12,388 nt of DNA from an uncultured Acidobacteriota bacterium (GTDB lineage Bacteria; Acidobacteriota; Terriglobia; UBA7540): contig CAYZVR010000027.1 in NCBI GenBank assembly GCA_964481715.1, positions 8,621 through 21,008 of the forward strand, given 5' to 3'. Shown in pieces: positions 1 through 7,443 of this stretch. Position numbers and translations under genes: made by a program. Position 1 is the first letter of the stretch. Every line of letters begins with the position of its first letter. A model generated the notes under the pieces. That model was given only the letters and a program-made list of their open reading frames with translations. It ran no database searches and was not told the origin of the DNA.

Positions 1-396
1 CAGTTGCGGGAAATCCTTGACCAGCGTCCGCTGAGCGCGCCGAAGGTCTTCCTCTTGTCTTTGGCGGGGATTTCGGGCTGTGTGAAGATAAAACGGCAGC
101 GACCTGTACCAACCGCAATCCTGATGGGCAATCAGGATTAAGCGCTTGTGCCCATGGCCGTCGAGGAGGTATCGAAACCACTTCCATCCCGCCCAGGAAA
201 ACTTGGGCAAATATTCGACCAGGGTGAGGGCCTGCGGGCCGCCGGGAATCAAAAACAGGTCGTAGTTCTGGTTCAGCCTGAGGCCGCGGTCCAGGAATTC
301 CTGAACGCCCGCCTGGATACGATGATCGGTACAATGAACGACCAGCGTGTCAACGGGAGCGAGATTGATTTTGGAGGAAGATTCAAATACCGGCAT
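1..396 (-). CDS. Partial CDS, 3' end beyond the window edge. Hypothetical protein with beta-carbonic-anhydrase-like Cys/His/Cys motif spacing (HCTDHR ... IAHQDCGW).
   Basis: The reverse complement of 1-396 is an open frame of 132 codons with no stop. It begins with ATG (complement at 394-396): MPVFESSSKINLAPVDTLVVHCTDHRIQAG...LIPGGPQAL...LILIAHQDCGWY... An in-frame TGA lies 15 nt upstream of the ATG. It is absent from the ORF track, probably because it has no stop within the window. CxDxR and HxDC motifs about 77 residues apart resemble the beta-CA zinc ligands. The family assignment is inference. Confidence 0.45.
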   Translation of the reverse strand, partial: MPVFESSSKINLAPVDTLVVHCTDHRIQAGVQEFLDRGLRLNQNYDLFLIPGGPQALTLVEYLPKFSWAGWKWFRYLLDGHGHKRLILIAHQDCGWYRSLPFYLHTARNPRQRQEEDLRRAQRTLVKDFPQL

Positions 397-492
397 CGTG
401 ATTTCAGTTGGTCAAGTGCGAGCGGCACGGACGAAGTCGTTTAAGACGCCGCGGTTTCGCGACCATGCCGAATTGCATGCACAAGACGGTGG

Positions 493-2088
493 CTATTTTT
501 CCGCCTGCTTCTTGCCCGAAGCGAGCGCGCTCGGCGCGATCACCTCCGCAGCCGCTTTCGCAAGCTCCGAGGTCTTTCCACCGCTGACCCCGAGCTGGGA
601 GAGAACGGTTGGAATGTCCAGACCAAGCGCCTGCAACTGCTGGAGGAGGCTGAAGACCAGCGCCGGCCCGGTGCGCGCAATGCGCCCAATGCCACCCGTG
701 CCGTCCCCGCCGCCGTTGCCGTTTCCCTGCTCGATGACCACCACTTTGTCGATGTTCCCGAGCGGTGCAGCCACCGCGCCGAAAATGCCAGCCGACGATT
801 CCAATATACTCGGCAATTTTTCCAGGATGGTCTGAAGTTTTGCCGCGTCGTTGAATTCCTTCCAGGCCTCAGCCTTTTTCAGGATGGCCTGAGCTTCCGC
901 CACGCCTTGTGCCTCAATGGCGCGCGCCTGCGCCAGTCCTATCGCCTCGATCTTGGCGGCCTCGGCTCGGCCCTCGGCCTCTACCGCCGACGCACGGCCC
1001 ATACCTTCCTGCTTCAACTTCTCCTGCTGCGCTTGCGCCAGCGCGATCTGCGCCGATTTCTGCCCTTCAGCCTCCAGAATGGCTGACTGCTTTTTGGCTT
1101 CGGCTCGTAGAATCGCCGCCTGCCGCTCGGCTTCAGCGGGTTTAATGACCGTCGCTTCCAGCTCTTTCTGCTTTCGAAGGACTTCCTGCTCCTGAACCGA
1201 AATCTGTTCCTGAGTCCGCTGCTTATCAACGCGTACTTCCTCCACCACCACGGCTTGACGGGCCTTCGCCTCCGACAGCGGCCCGGCCTGAGAGGAAGTC
1301 GCTCTTTGGGTTTCTATTTCCGCCTGGTATTGCGCCTGCCTTACCTGGAATTCACGCTGCGCGGCGGCAATATTAGCATCGGCTTCAAACTTGGCTTTTT
1401 CGCCATCCTGCAAAGCGACAGAGGACCTGATTTTGGCGTCGCGCGTCGCTTCGGCCTCACCGATCGTGGCATCGCGCTTCACCTCCGCGGTACGCTTCTT
1501 GCCGAGAGCGTCGAGGTAGCCTTCTTCGTCGCTGATTTCCTGGACCGTGAGAACGTCCACGCCGATGCCCATGCGCTCCAGGTCTTGCGCGGCTTCAGAG
1601 GTCAGCTTCTGGGCAAAGCTCTGCCGGTCGCTGTTGACCTCTTCCACCGTCAAGGTGCCGAGGATGGCGCGCAGGTGGCCCTCCAGAGTCTGGAAGATGA
1701 CCCGTTGAATCTCCTCGGGCGGCATTCCCAAAAAGCGTTCGGCCGCAGCACCCAGAGAAAGGTCATCGCCCTTAATCTTGACGTTGGCGACGGCTTTCAC
1801 CGAAATCGGAACACCCTTGAGCGTGTAGGCACGCTTAATTTCCAGGGGAATGGTAAAAACGTTCAGCGAGAGGTAATCGACTTTTTCGAGCAGCGGCCAC
1901 TTGAATGCCGCGCCGCCTCTCACCATCCGGTAACCAACCACCTTTCCGTCGGGAAGTTTGTGTTTGCGACCGCTGATGATCGCCACCACGTTGGGCGCGA
2001 CTTTGATGTAGTTCTTGCTGAATCGCGAAAGGGCGACCAAAAGAACCAATGCCAGGATGACCGCTATCACAATGACCGTGGATGACAT
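493..2088 (-). CDS. floT: Flotillin-like SPFH/band-7 protein (FloT/YqiK type), 531 aa
   Basis: N-terminal TM helix (MSSTVIVIAVILALVLLVALS), then an SPFH domain. A long Ala/Glu/Gln-rich coiled-coil follows (EAERQAAILRAEAKKQSAILEAEG...). It ends in a Gly-rich segment and C-terminal tail typical of bacterial flotillins. Start ATG (complement 2086-2088) is preceded by AGGAGG (complement of 2095-2100) with 6-nt spacing. The track ORF extends to 2253, but that upstream extension has no RBS and precedes the TM helix. Confidence 0.9.
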   Translation of the reverse strand: MSSTVIVIAVILALVLLVALSRFSKNYIKVAPNVVAIISGRKHKLPDGKVVGYRMVRGGAAFKWPLLEKVDYLSLNVFTIPLEIKRAYTLKGVPISVKAVANVKIKGDDLSLGAAAERFLGMPPEEIQRVIFQTLEGHLRAILGTLTVEEVNSDRQSFAQKLTSEAAQDLERMGIGVDVLTVQEISDEEGYLDALGKKRTAEVKRDATIGEAEATRDAKIRSSVALQDGEKAKFEADANIAAAQREFQVRQAQYQAEIETQRATSSQAGPLSEAKARQAVVVEEVRVDKQRTQEQISVQEQEVLRKQKELEATVIKPAEAERQAAILRAEAKKQSAILEAEGQKSAQIALAQAQQEKLKQEGMGRASAVEAEGRAEAAKIEAIGLAQARAIEAQGVAEAQAILKKAEAWKEFNDAAKLQTILEKLPSILESSAGIFGAVAAPLGNIDKVVVIEQGNGNGGGDGTGGIGRIARTGPALVFSLLQQLQALGLDIPTVLSQLGVSGGKTSELAKAAAEVIAPSALASGKKQAEK

Positions 2089-2134
2089 GTCGTACCTCCT
2101 GTCGGCTTTCGGGCCGCGCGACGACCAGCCCGAA

Positions 2135-2680
2135 TCACTCGGCGCGACGCACCAGAACCGTCTCGCCGACAATCTCTTCGACCTTGACCAGCGTATTGGC
2201 GGGGATTCCTCCGCCATCTTTCGAGCGCGCCACTTTTTCAACCACACTGTCACCGATGGTGCAGCGGATCTGCCCCAAACCTTTGGCCGGAATCGCCACC
2301 GTTACTTCGGCCGTGTTTCCCACCAAGTCACCGATGCGGACATGGCTCGAAGCCTGCTGGCCATACAAGAAACTCGCAAAGAAAAAAATGATGCCGCCGA
2401 AAACCACCCCGCCGCCAAACGCCATCGCCGTGCTGACGCCCAAGCCGTAATTCAGGTAGCTTCCGATCGCCCCGAAACCTCCGAAGGCTGTCACGAACAC
2501 GCTCAGGATACGCGTGCTCAAGAGACTCGGCCCGCCTCCATGCCCATCCACGTCGTGATCGAGGTCACCGTGCTCGAAGAGGTCCCCAAAGATTGAGCTG
2601 CCTACGACGAACACAAATCCGAATACCGCGATGGCAATGAAGGTCGTGAACGCGGAAATGAACAGCAATATAGCCATCAA
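2135..2680 (-). CDS. NfeD-like membrane protein (YuaF/YqiJ type, short NfeD with C-terminal OB-fold), flotillin partner
   Basis: Hydrophobic N-terminal half with several TM segments. C-terminal Gly-rich beta domain (GDLVGNTAEVTVAIPAKGLGQIRCTIGDSVVEKVARSKDGGGIPANTLVKVEEIVGETVLV). It lies 46 nt upstream of the flotillin gene on the same strand, the canonical nfeD-floT arrangement. GGAGG RBS 9 nt upstream of ATGATG. Confidence 0.85.
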   Translation of the reverse strand: MMAILLFISAFTTFIAIAVFGFVFVVGSSIFGDLFEHGDLDHDVDGHGGGPSLLSTRILSVFVTAFGGFGAIGSYLNYGLGVSTAMAFGGGVVFGGIIFFFASFLYGQQASSHVRIGDLVGNTAEVTVAIPAKGLGQIRCTIGDSVVEKVARSKDGGGIPANTLVKVEEIVGETVLVRRAE

Positions 2681-2697
2681 CGTAAGCCTCCGCCATG

Positions 2698-2715
2698 CGA
2701 GGGAGCCGCCCTCGT
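2698..2715 (-). other. GC-rich stem-loop (CGAGGG-agccgc-CCCTCG) in the mRNA just upstream of the nfeD RBS
   Basis: Perfect 6-bp inverted repeat with a 6-nt loop, read directly from the sequence. No U-tract follows on either strand, so it is not a classical intrinsic terminator. Confidence 0.35.
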
Positions 2716-2766
2716 CAGCAGAAATCCTAGCGATGCGGACGAATCAAGCTTCAAATGTGCGCTCAA

Positions 2767-2794
2767 TCTATAGCCAGGCTGGACGGAAGTCAAG
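2767..2794 (-). promoter_or_regulatory. Candidate sigma70-type promoter for nfeD-floT (TTGACT-16nt-TATAGA on the minus strand)
   Basis: Complement of 2789-2794 is TTGACT. Complement of 2767-2772 is TATAGA. The spacer is 16 nt. It sits between the small ORF stop (2884) and the nfeD start (2680). Sequence match only. Confidence 0.3.
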
Positions 2795-2883
2795 ACATCA
2801 CTTCAACAAGCAAATGCGGGGCGGTGAATTATGGTGGAAAGAGTCCATCGAAGGTTTCGCGGGGGCGTGACCCGTTGGTTTGA

Positions 2884-3060
2884 CTACCAGGGGAGCGGGT
2901 ACATGATCCAGGCGAACAAAACGGCGACGCCCACGAACGCGCCAAAGACCTTGGCTCCATAGATGACGCGCTCGCGGGGCGTATCCTTGCTGAGAACTCC
3001 AAAAACCACGGAGACCAGGAAGGAAAACAACAGCATGGCGGGAAAATGTGTCAGAGCCAT
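2884..3060 (-). CDS. Small hypothetical membrane protein, 58 aa, two predicted TM helices. Not in the supplied ORF track.
   Basis: Reverse complement encodes MALTHFPAMLLFSFLVSVVFGVLSKDTPRERVIYGAKVFGAFVGVAVLFAWIMYPLPW, ending in TAG. It has two hydrophobic helices separated by a KDTPRER loop, and GC-rich third codon positions like neighbouring genes. No clear SD sits before the first ATG. An alternative ATG lies at codon 9. It lies directly upstream of nfeD-floT and directly downstream of the repeat-rich AT-rich region. Confidence 0.45.
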   Translation of the reverse strand: MALTHFPAMLLFSFLVSVVFGVLSKDTPRERVIYGAKVFGAFVGVAVLFAWIMYPLPW

Positions 3061-3065
3061 TTTGG

Positions 3066-3164
3066 GATTGGGTGATTGAGCGATTGAGTCATTAAGTCAT
3101 TGATTCATCCCAGAGGCCAGCTTTCCACTGGTCCAGCGGCTCAATGATTCAATGGATCAATCTC
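3066..3164. promoter_or_regulatory. AT-rich repeat cluster: multiple TCAATGA/TCATTGA and GATTGAG heptamers in direct and inverted orientation around a CCAG...CTGG palindrome. Candidate operator/promoter region.
   Basis: gattgag x2 at 3074-3080 and 3082-3088. tcattaag/tcattgat/tcat at 3089-3108. ctcaatgat/tcaatggatcaatc at 3140-3162. The left and right blocks are approximate reverse complements of each other. Central ccagctttccactgg palindrome at about 3117-3131. A further gtcactg-gtcactg tandem at 3177-3190. GC content is far below the surroundings. Confidence 0.4.
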
Positions 3165-3195
3165 TTCACTTGCCATTTGTCACTGGTCACTGCAT

Positions 3196-3642
3196 TTACG
3201 GTTTTCGCCCCATGGCGATGTCGAACGCGTCAATCACCGTCAGCACATTGAGCATTCCCGCGGCCACCAGAAACGCCGTCCCGTAGTCGGTGCTGGCGAA
3301 AAACGGGTCCCCGGCATAGCCGAAAAATTTGGCGATGGGCATGGCAATGCCCACACACATTTCGCCGAGGTAACCGAGCGATTCGAGATAGGAACCGGTC
3401 CCGGTCGTGTAAAACTCGCCCTTCATAGCGAGCCCGAATACAAACAGCCCCACGATGGCGCTGAATAGGATCAACGCGCGCCCCTTGCGCCCCAGGAGGA
3501 AGTGGCCGAAGCCCGGAATCAGCCAGCCCGCTACGCAAAGCCGGACGAGTTTCGCCGTGTCCGGGCGCGGCAGTTTTGCCTCAGCCACGGTTTTGGATTC
3601 GTCTTTGACGTTTTCTTCTTCCGCAACCGCTTTCTTGGGCAT
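3196..3642 (-). CDS. Hypothetical membrane protein with a TM2-domain-like motif (PGFGHFLLGRKGRALILF)
   Basis: Hydrophilic N-terminus with several TM helices. The GxGHFxxGxxGxA motif resembles the TM2 (GxxGxHxFYLG) family. ATG at the complement of 3640-3642 is preceded by GAGGTG. The track ORF starts 45 nt further upstream at a GTG (3687) with no better RBS. I cannot decide between the two starts. Confidence 0.55.
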   Translation of the reverse strand: MPKKAVAEEENVKDESKTVAEAKLPRPDTAKLVRLCVAGWLIPGFGHFLLGRKGRALILFSAIVGLFVFGLAMKGEFYTTGTGSYLESLGYLGEMCVGIAMPIAKFFGYAGDPFFASTDYGTAFLVAAGMLNVLTVIDAFDIAMGRKP

Positions 3643-3729
3643 ACCCTGGGCCTTCACCTCGAAGACGGCACGCGGCGCCCCTGCCACTGACGCGCGTGCA
3701 TCGCAAACTCATCACGGTAACACAGCTTA

Positions 3730-4908
3730 TTACGAAGCGGCAAGGATGGGCACCACGCTTTGCTGGATTTCGCCCGTCACTCGAGCGTCGTGCTCTTCCA
3801 CGTAAACATTGACCTCGGTGCGCACGCCGAATTCGGGAAGGTAAATCCCCGGCTCGACGGAAAAACACGTTCCCGGAATGATCCGCCGGGCGTCGTGGGT
3901 CTCATAGTTGTCCATGTTGGCGCCGTTGCCGTGGACGTCCTCGCCGATGGAGTGTCCCGTGCGATGAACGAAATAATCGCCAAAGCCGTGCTTCACGATC
4001 ACACCGCGTGTGGCGTCGTCCACTTCGTATCCGTAAATCTCTCGCCCTTCTTGCTGCGCTTTCTTCACAAAATGAATGGCGGCGTCCCGGGCTTCGCGCA
4101 CGATGCTAAAGATTTCGGTCTGGCGCGCCGGCACGGTATCGCCCACATATCCGGTCCAGGTCACGTCGAAGTAAACCGCCCCGGGCTTGCGCTGCTTGGC
4201 CCACACGTCCAGAAGCACGAAATCGTTGGCGCGAATCGGCAGCGAGCTTTCTTTCGTCGGCGCATAATGCGGGTTCGAACAGTTGGCATTGACCGCCACA
4301 ATCGGCGGTTCGTCCGCTTCCAGGCCCTGCGCGCTGTAAAGCCGAGCGATTTCCTGCTGCACGTCGTATTCGCCAATCGTTTTGCCGGCTTTGATCGCGT
4401 CGCGGATCATGGCGAATCCGGCGCGAATAGCGGGGTGCACGACTTTGCCCGCTTCCAGGTGCATGGCTAACGCTTCCGTGGACCAGCGGGCCTCGAACAT
4501 TTGCACGAGATCGGCGGAGGAGACCGGCTCGACGCCGAAGCTCCTCAACAGCTCGATCGTCCCGGCATCCACAAGTCCGATGTACGGAATGTCGTTGAGC
4601 GGCGAATACTCCATGGCCACGCGCGACTTCCCTTCCAGAATTTTCTTGAGCTTTTCGCGCTGCTCTTTCCAGGACGAATATTCGTGAGTGGCGCCTGGCA
4701 GGCCCTCGAGGTTGCCGCGCTCGATCCGGTGGACGAGCTTGGCGGGCTCGCCCGAGGCCGGAATCAGGTAATACCACCGCCGCGTGCACATTGCCGGGGC
4801 AATCTTGAGGACGCGATAGGCAATGGGATCGCGGTGATGATGGTCGTAGAAAAGCCAACCGTCGAGCTTTGCTTCGGAAAGCGCCGCTTGAATCTTGGTC
4901 AAGTTCAT
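3730..4908 (-). CDS. M24-family metallopeptidase (Xaa-Pro aminopeptidase/prolidase, creatinase-prolidase fold), 392 aa
   Basis: Creatinase-like N-terminal domain. C-terminal pita-bread metal-ligand motifs are present (DVWAK...D, HRTGHSIG, DVHGNG, SVEPGIY, EVNVYV). ATG (complement 4906-4908) is preceded by GAGGTG with 5-nt spacing. The track ORF starts 15 nt earlier at a TTG. Confidence 0.85.
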   Translation of the reverse strand: MNLTKIQAALSEAKLDGWLFYDHHHRDPIAYRVLKIAPAMCTRRWYYLIPASGEPAKLVHRIERGNLEGLPGATHEYSSWKEQREKLKKILEGKSRVAMEYSPLNDIPYIGLVDAGTIELLRSFGVEPVSSADLVQMFEARWSTEALAMHLEAGKVVHPAIRAGFAMIRDAIKAGKTIGEYDVQQEIARLYSAQGLEADEPPIVAVNANCSNPHYAPTKESSLPIRANDFVLLDVWAKQRKPGAVYFDVTWTGYVGDTVPARQTEIFSIVREARDAAIHFVKKAQQEGREIYGYEVDDATRGVIVKHGFGDYFVHRTGHSIGEDVHGNGANMDNYETHDARRIIPGTCFSVEPGIYLPEFGVRTEVNVYVEEHDARVTGEIQQSVVPILAAS

Positions 4909-4958
4909 GAATTCACCTCGCAAGATTGCCGGATTTCAGTTCTGAGTTTGTGAGTGGC

Positions 4959-6248
4959 CTACACCGCTTTTGCCTCGCTCTTTGCCTCACTCGGCTTGAA
5001 GATCCTGTCGTAAATCACCATCAAAACTGCCCCCGTGACGCCGATTCCCGTCACCACCCACCACATTTGCTCCGGCTTATGGCGGACGTCTCCGAAGTAG
5101 TGGAGCAGATATCCGCCCAGCGGTCCTGCGATGAAATACCCGACGGCGATGGGCAGAAAAGCATAGCCCATGTAAAGTCCCTGCTGGCCGGGTGGCGCGA
5201 GCCGCGAAATATAATCGTAATAACGCGCCGATTGAATGATTTCGCCGAGCGCCAGAAAAACGAGTGCCCCGATCAGGCCCGCGGTTGACGGGTAGATCGC
5301 CAGAATCAGCCATGCAAGGCTTGAGATGAGCAGTCCCAGCGTCATGGCGGAGAACGCGGGAATCTTACGGGTCAGATAGGCGATTAGAATCTGGAAGCAG
5401 ATCACGACGGTCGAGTCAATGGAAAGTAGCAGGTCTACATTTGCATTGGGGTCCACGTACCCGCGCAAGAATAGCGGCGCAGAAATGAATTCCTGCCAAA
5501 AGACGATGTAGAAGCTCGAGAAAATGAGGAGGAAAAGAACGAAGCGAAAATTGCCCAGGACCACGAACATATTCTTGATGGCGCTCGCCACGCTCGCCAC
5601 CTGCTGCTCGCCCGACTGTGCCGGCTCGCGAAAGAAAAAGAATGTCACTAAAAACATCAAGAAAACGCTCAATGCCGAGACACGGAAAACGTTCTCGATG
5701 CCCCACCCCAGTTGTTTTCTCACCAGCCAGGCCACAATCGGACCCAGCATGCCGCCGATATTGACCAGCGTGTAGTAGATCGAATAACCGATGGAGCGGA
5801 CGTTTTCGGTCGAGGCCCGCGCCGTCGTCCCCGCCACGCACGGCTTGACAACCGCTGGCCCGAGCGCCGGAATCATCAAGATGGCAAACACCAACCATTT
5901 GTCGGACAAAGCCTGGCGGGCTGATTGCATCCATGGAGCCGAGAGAGAACCCAGGAGAAAGTAGCCAATCGTCATCACCAGGTAGGCGAACAGCAGCGCA
6001 CGTCGGAACCCGAAGCGATCCGCCAGGGTCCCACCCAGCACCGGCAGCAGCCACACCACCAGGCCGAAGATCCCCATCATCCAGCCGGTAAGTTCCTTCG
6101 AAAAATGCAGTTGTTCGTTCAGGTATATTGCCAGGACCGCCGTTGCGCCGTAGTAGGCCAGGCGCTCGAAAAGCTCCGTGAAATTGGCCACCCAGAATGA
6201 GCGCTCGAAGCCGGTGCGGATTTCGGCGAGGCGCTGGCTGAAGCTCAC
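4959..6248 (-). CDS. POT/PTR2-family proton-dependent di-/tripeptide transporter (MFS), 429 aa
   Basis: N-terminal FTELFERLAYYG is the POT-family signature (ExxERFxYY). About 12 TM helices. GTG start (complement 6246-6248) with AGGAGG 5 nt upstream. The start overlaps the yggU stop as GTGA. Confidence 0.85.
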   Translation of the reverse strand: MSFSQRLAEIRTGFERSFWVANFTELFERLAYYGATAVLAIYLNEQLHFSKELTGWMMGIFGLVVWLLPVLGGTLADRFGFRRALLFAYLVMTIGYFLLGSLSAPWMQSARQALSDKWLVFAILMIPALGPAVVKPCVAGTTARASTENVRSIGYSIYYTLVNIGGMLGPIVAWLVRKQLGWGIENVFRVSALSVFLMFLVTFFFFREPAQSGEQQVASVASAIKNMFVVLGNFRFVLFLLIFSSFYIVFWQEFISAPLFLRGYVDPNANVDLLLSIDSTVVICFQILIAYLTRKIPAFSAMTLGLLISSLAWLILAIYPSTAGLIGALVFLALGEIIQSARYYDYISRLAPPGQQGLYMGYAFLPIAVGYFIAGPLGGYLLHYFGDVRHKPEQMWWVVTGIGVTGAVLMVIYDRIFKPSEAKSEAKAV

Positions 6249-6574
6249 GCGCGCCTCCTGCCTTGTCCTGCCAGCGCGTTGAGCTTCGCGACGGTTTCAT
6301 CTCCTGTTCGACCTGTAATCCGAATCAGCTTGCGCCGCGACCTTTGACCGGAAAGTATCAGTACGCACGCTTGCGGAAGGCGCAAGGCATGCGCGAAGAA
6401 TTGCACGCACGCTTCGTTCGCCTGGCCTTCGGTGGGTGGTGCGTGAAGTTCCAGTCGCAAATCCCCGGAGGAATCTATAGCCAGCCGCTCGCGGCTCGCG
6501 CGCGGCTTGACCTTGAGCCAGAAGCTCACGTTCTCGCGTTCGATTTGATACAGCGGTCCCACCAAATCGTTCAA
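6245..6574 (-). CDS. yggU: YggU/DUF167 family protein (UPF0235)
   Basis: WLKVKPRASRERL...LRLELHAPPTEGQANEACVQFFAHALRLPQACVLILSGQRSRRKLIRI matches the DUF167 pattern (kv.pga...G.AN.al..fla..l.v....v.ivsG..sR.K...i). The TTG start directly follows the yggS stop (TAA-GG-TTG), consistent with the conserved yggS-yggU operon. Confidence 0.8.
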   Translation of the reverse strand: MNDLVGPLYQIERENVSFWLKVKPRASRERLAIDSSGDLRLELHAPPTEGQANEACVQFFAHALRLPQACVLILSGQRSRRKLIRITGRTGDETVAKLNALAGQGRRRA

Positions 6575-6576
6575 CC

Positions 6577-7269
6577 TTAATTCCGCGCTCCGAAAATGCC
6601 CGTTCCCACTCGAACCATCGTCGCGCCCTCTTCGATGGCGATTTCAAAATCGTGCGTCATCCCCATCGAAAGGTGTTCCATTGAACCATGGGACAAACGC
6701 GCGTCGGCGATCTTTCGAGCCAACTCGCCCAGGCGGCGAAAATACGGACGCACATCCTCGGGGTCTTCACAAAATGGCGGGATGGTCATCAGGCCGCGAA
6801 TTTCGAGGGTCTCAAGTCTTTGCATTTCTTCGATGAGGGGAAAAACTTCATTCTCTTCCACTCCCGATTTCGTCGCCTCGCCGCCGAGGTTGACCTGAAT
6901 CAACACCTTCAACCGCTCGCCTGTACAAACGGCGGCCTGATCGAGCTTTTGCGCGAGTCTCACCGAGTCAATCGAGTGGACCCAGTGGAAGAGCTCTCGG
7001 GCATGTTTGGCCTTGTTGGATTGCAAGTGACCGATCAAGTGCCACTCGACCGTCAAATCGGAAAGCGCGGGGCGCTTCGTGGCAGCTTCCTGCACGCGAT
7101 TCTCGCCGAAATCGCGGAGCCCTGCATCGTAGGCCTGCCGGATGAGTTCGGGCGGCACCGTCTTCGACACGGCGACCAGGGTCACTTCTTCCTGCTTGCG
7201 GCCCGCACGGAGGCAGGCGGCCGCGATACGTTCGCGAATCCGCGCCAGGTTTTCGGCTACATTCTCCAT
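6577..7269 (-). CDS. yggS: YggS-family pyridoxal-5'-phosphate homeostasis protein (PLPHP, alanine racemase N-terminal fold), 230 aa
   Basis: Typical YggS length and N-terminus (VTLVAVSKTVP..., Lys for PLP; HLIGHLQSNKAK; MTIPP; SMGMTHDFEIAIEEGATMVRVGTGIFG). ATG at the complement of 7267-7269. Confidence 0.9.
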   Translation of the reverse strand: MENVAENLARIRERIAAACLRAGRKQEEVTLVAVSKTVPPELIRQAYDAGLRDFGENRVQEAATKRPALSDLTVEWHLIGHLQSNKAKHARELFHWVHSIDSVRLAQKLDQAAVCTGERLKVLIQVNLGGEATKSGVEENEVFPLIEEMQRLETLEIRGLMTIPPFCEDPEDVRPYFRRLGELARKIADARLSHGSMEHLSMGMTHDFEIAIEEGATMVRVGTGIFGARN

Positions 7270-7333
7270 CCCGATTCTTGCTCCGCGCGCTTAAGGCCAC
7301 GCCATTCTATCATCTGTCCTCACTGCACCGGGC

Positions 7334-7363
7334 TTGTGACTCGAGGACGCGCAATGCTACGAT
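7334..7363 (+). promoter_or_regulatory. Candidate tmk-holB promoter TTGTGA-18nt-TACGAT
   Basis: TTGTGA at 7334-7339 and TACGAT at 7358-7363, in the divergent yggS/tmk intergenic region. Sequence match only. Confidence 0.3.
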
Positions 7364-7443
7364 GCATCAGGGATATTTTTGAAAATCGTCGTCCGAGACA
7401 GAAGCCGGAGACCCACACCCAACTACGTGTCAGGAAGCTAAAT

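Noticed and set aside
148-835. Plus-strand ORFs 148..444 and 347..835
   Set aside because: They are antisense to the partial beta-CA-like CDS and the flotillin 3' end. The minus-strand frames give coherent proteins with proper starts.
1255-2596. Plus-strand ORFs 1255..2085, 2015..2596, 2082..2450, and the Arg-rich 71-aa ORF 1014..1229 (-)
   Set aside because: All lie inside or antisense to the flotillin and nfeD coding frames. They have no start contexts and a biased, low-complexity composition.
3643-3729. 7-bp GC stem (gcacgcg...cgcgtgc) between the M24 peptidase stop and the TM2-like gene start
   Set aside because: The loop is long (18 nt) and no U-tract follows. It is weak as a terminator and more likely incidental in GC-rich DNA.
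5416-6300. 294-aa ORF on the minus strand overlapping the POT transporter gene in another frame
   Set aside because: Pro/Arg/Gly-rich low-complexity translation typical of an out-of-frame read through a high-GC gene. It has no RBS. The overlapping frame carries the strong POT signature.
6688-7443. N-terminal 250 codons of the 470-aa plus-strand ORF fused to tmk
   Set aside because: This part is antisense to the conserved yggS gene and crosses the divergent promoter region. Tmk homology begins only at about 7444, so the long ORF is a stop-free read-through and not a fusion protein.
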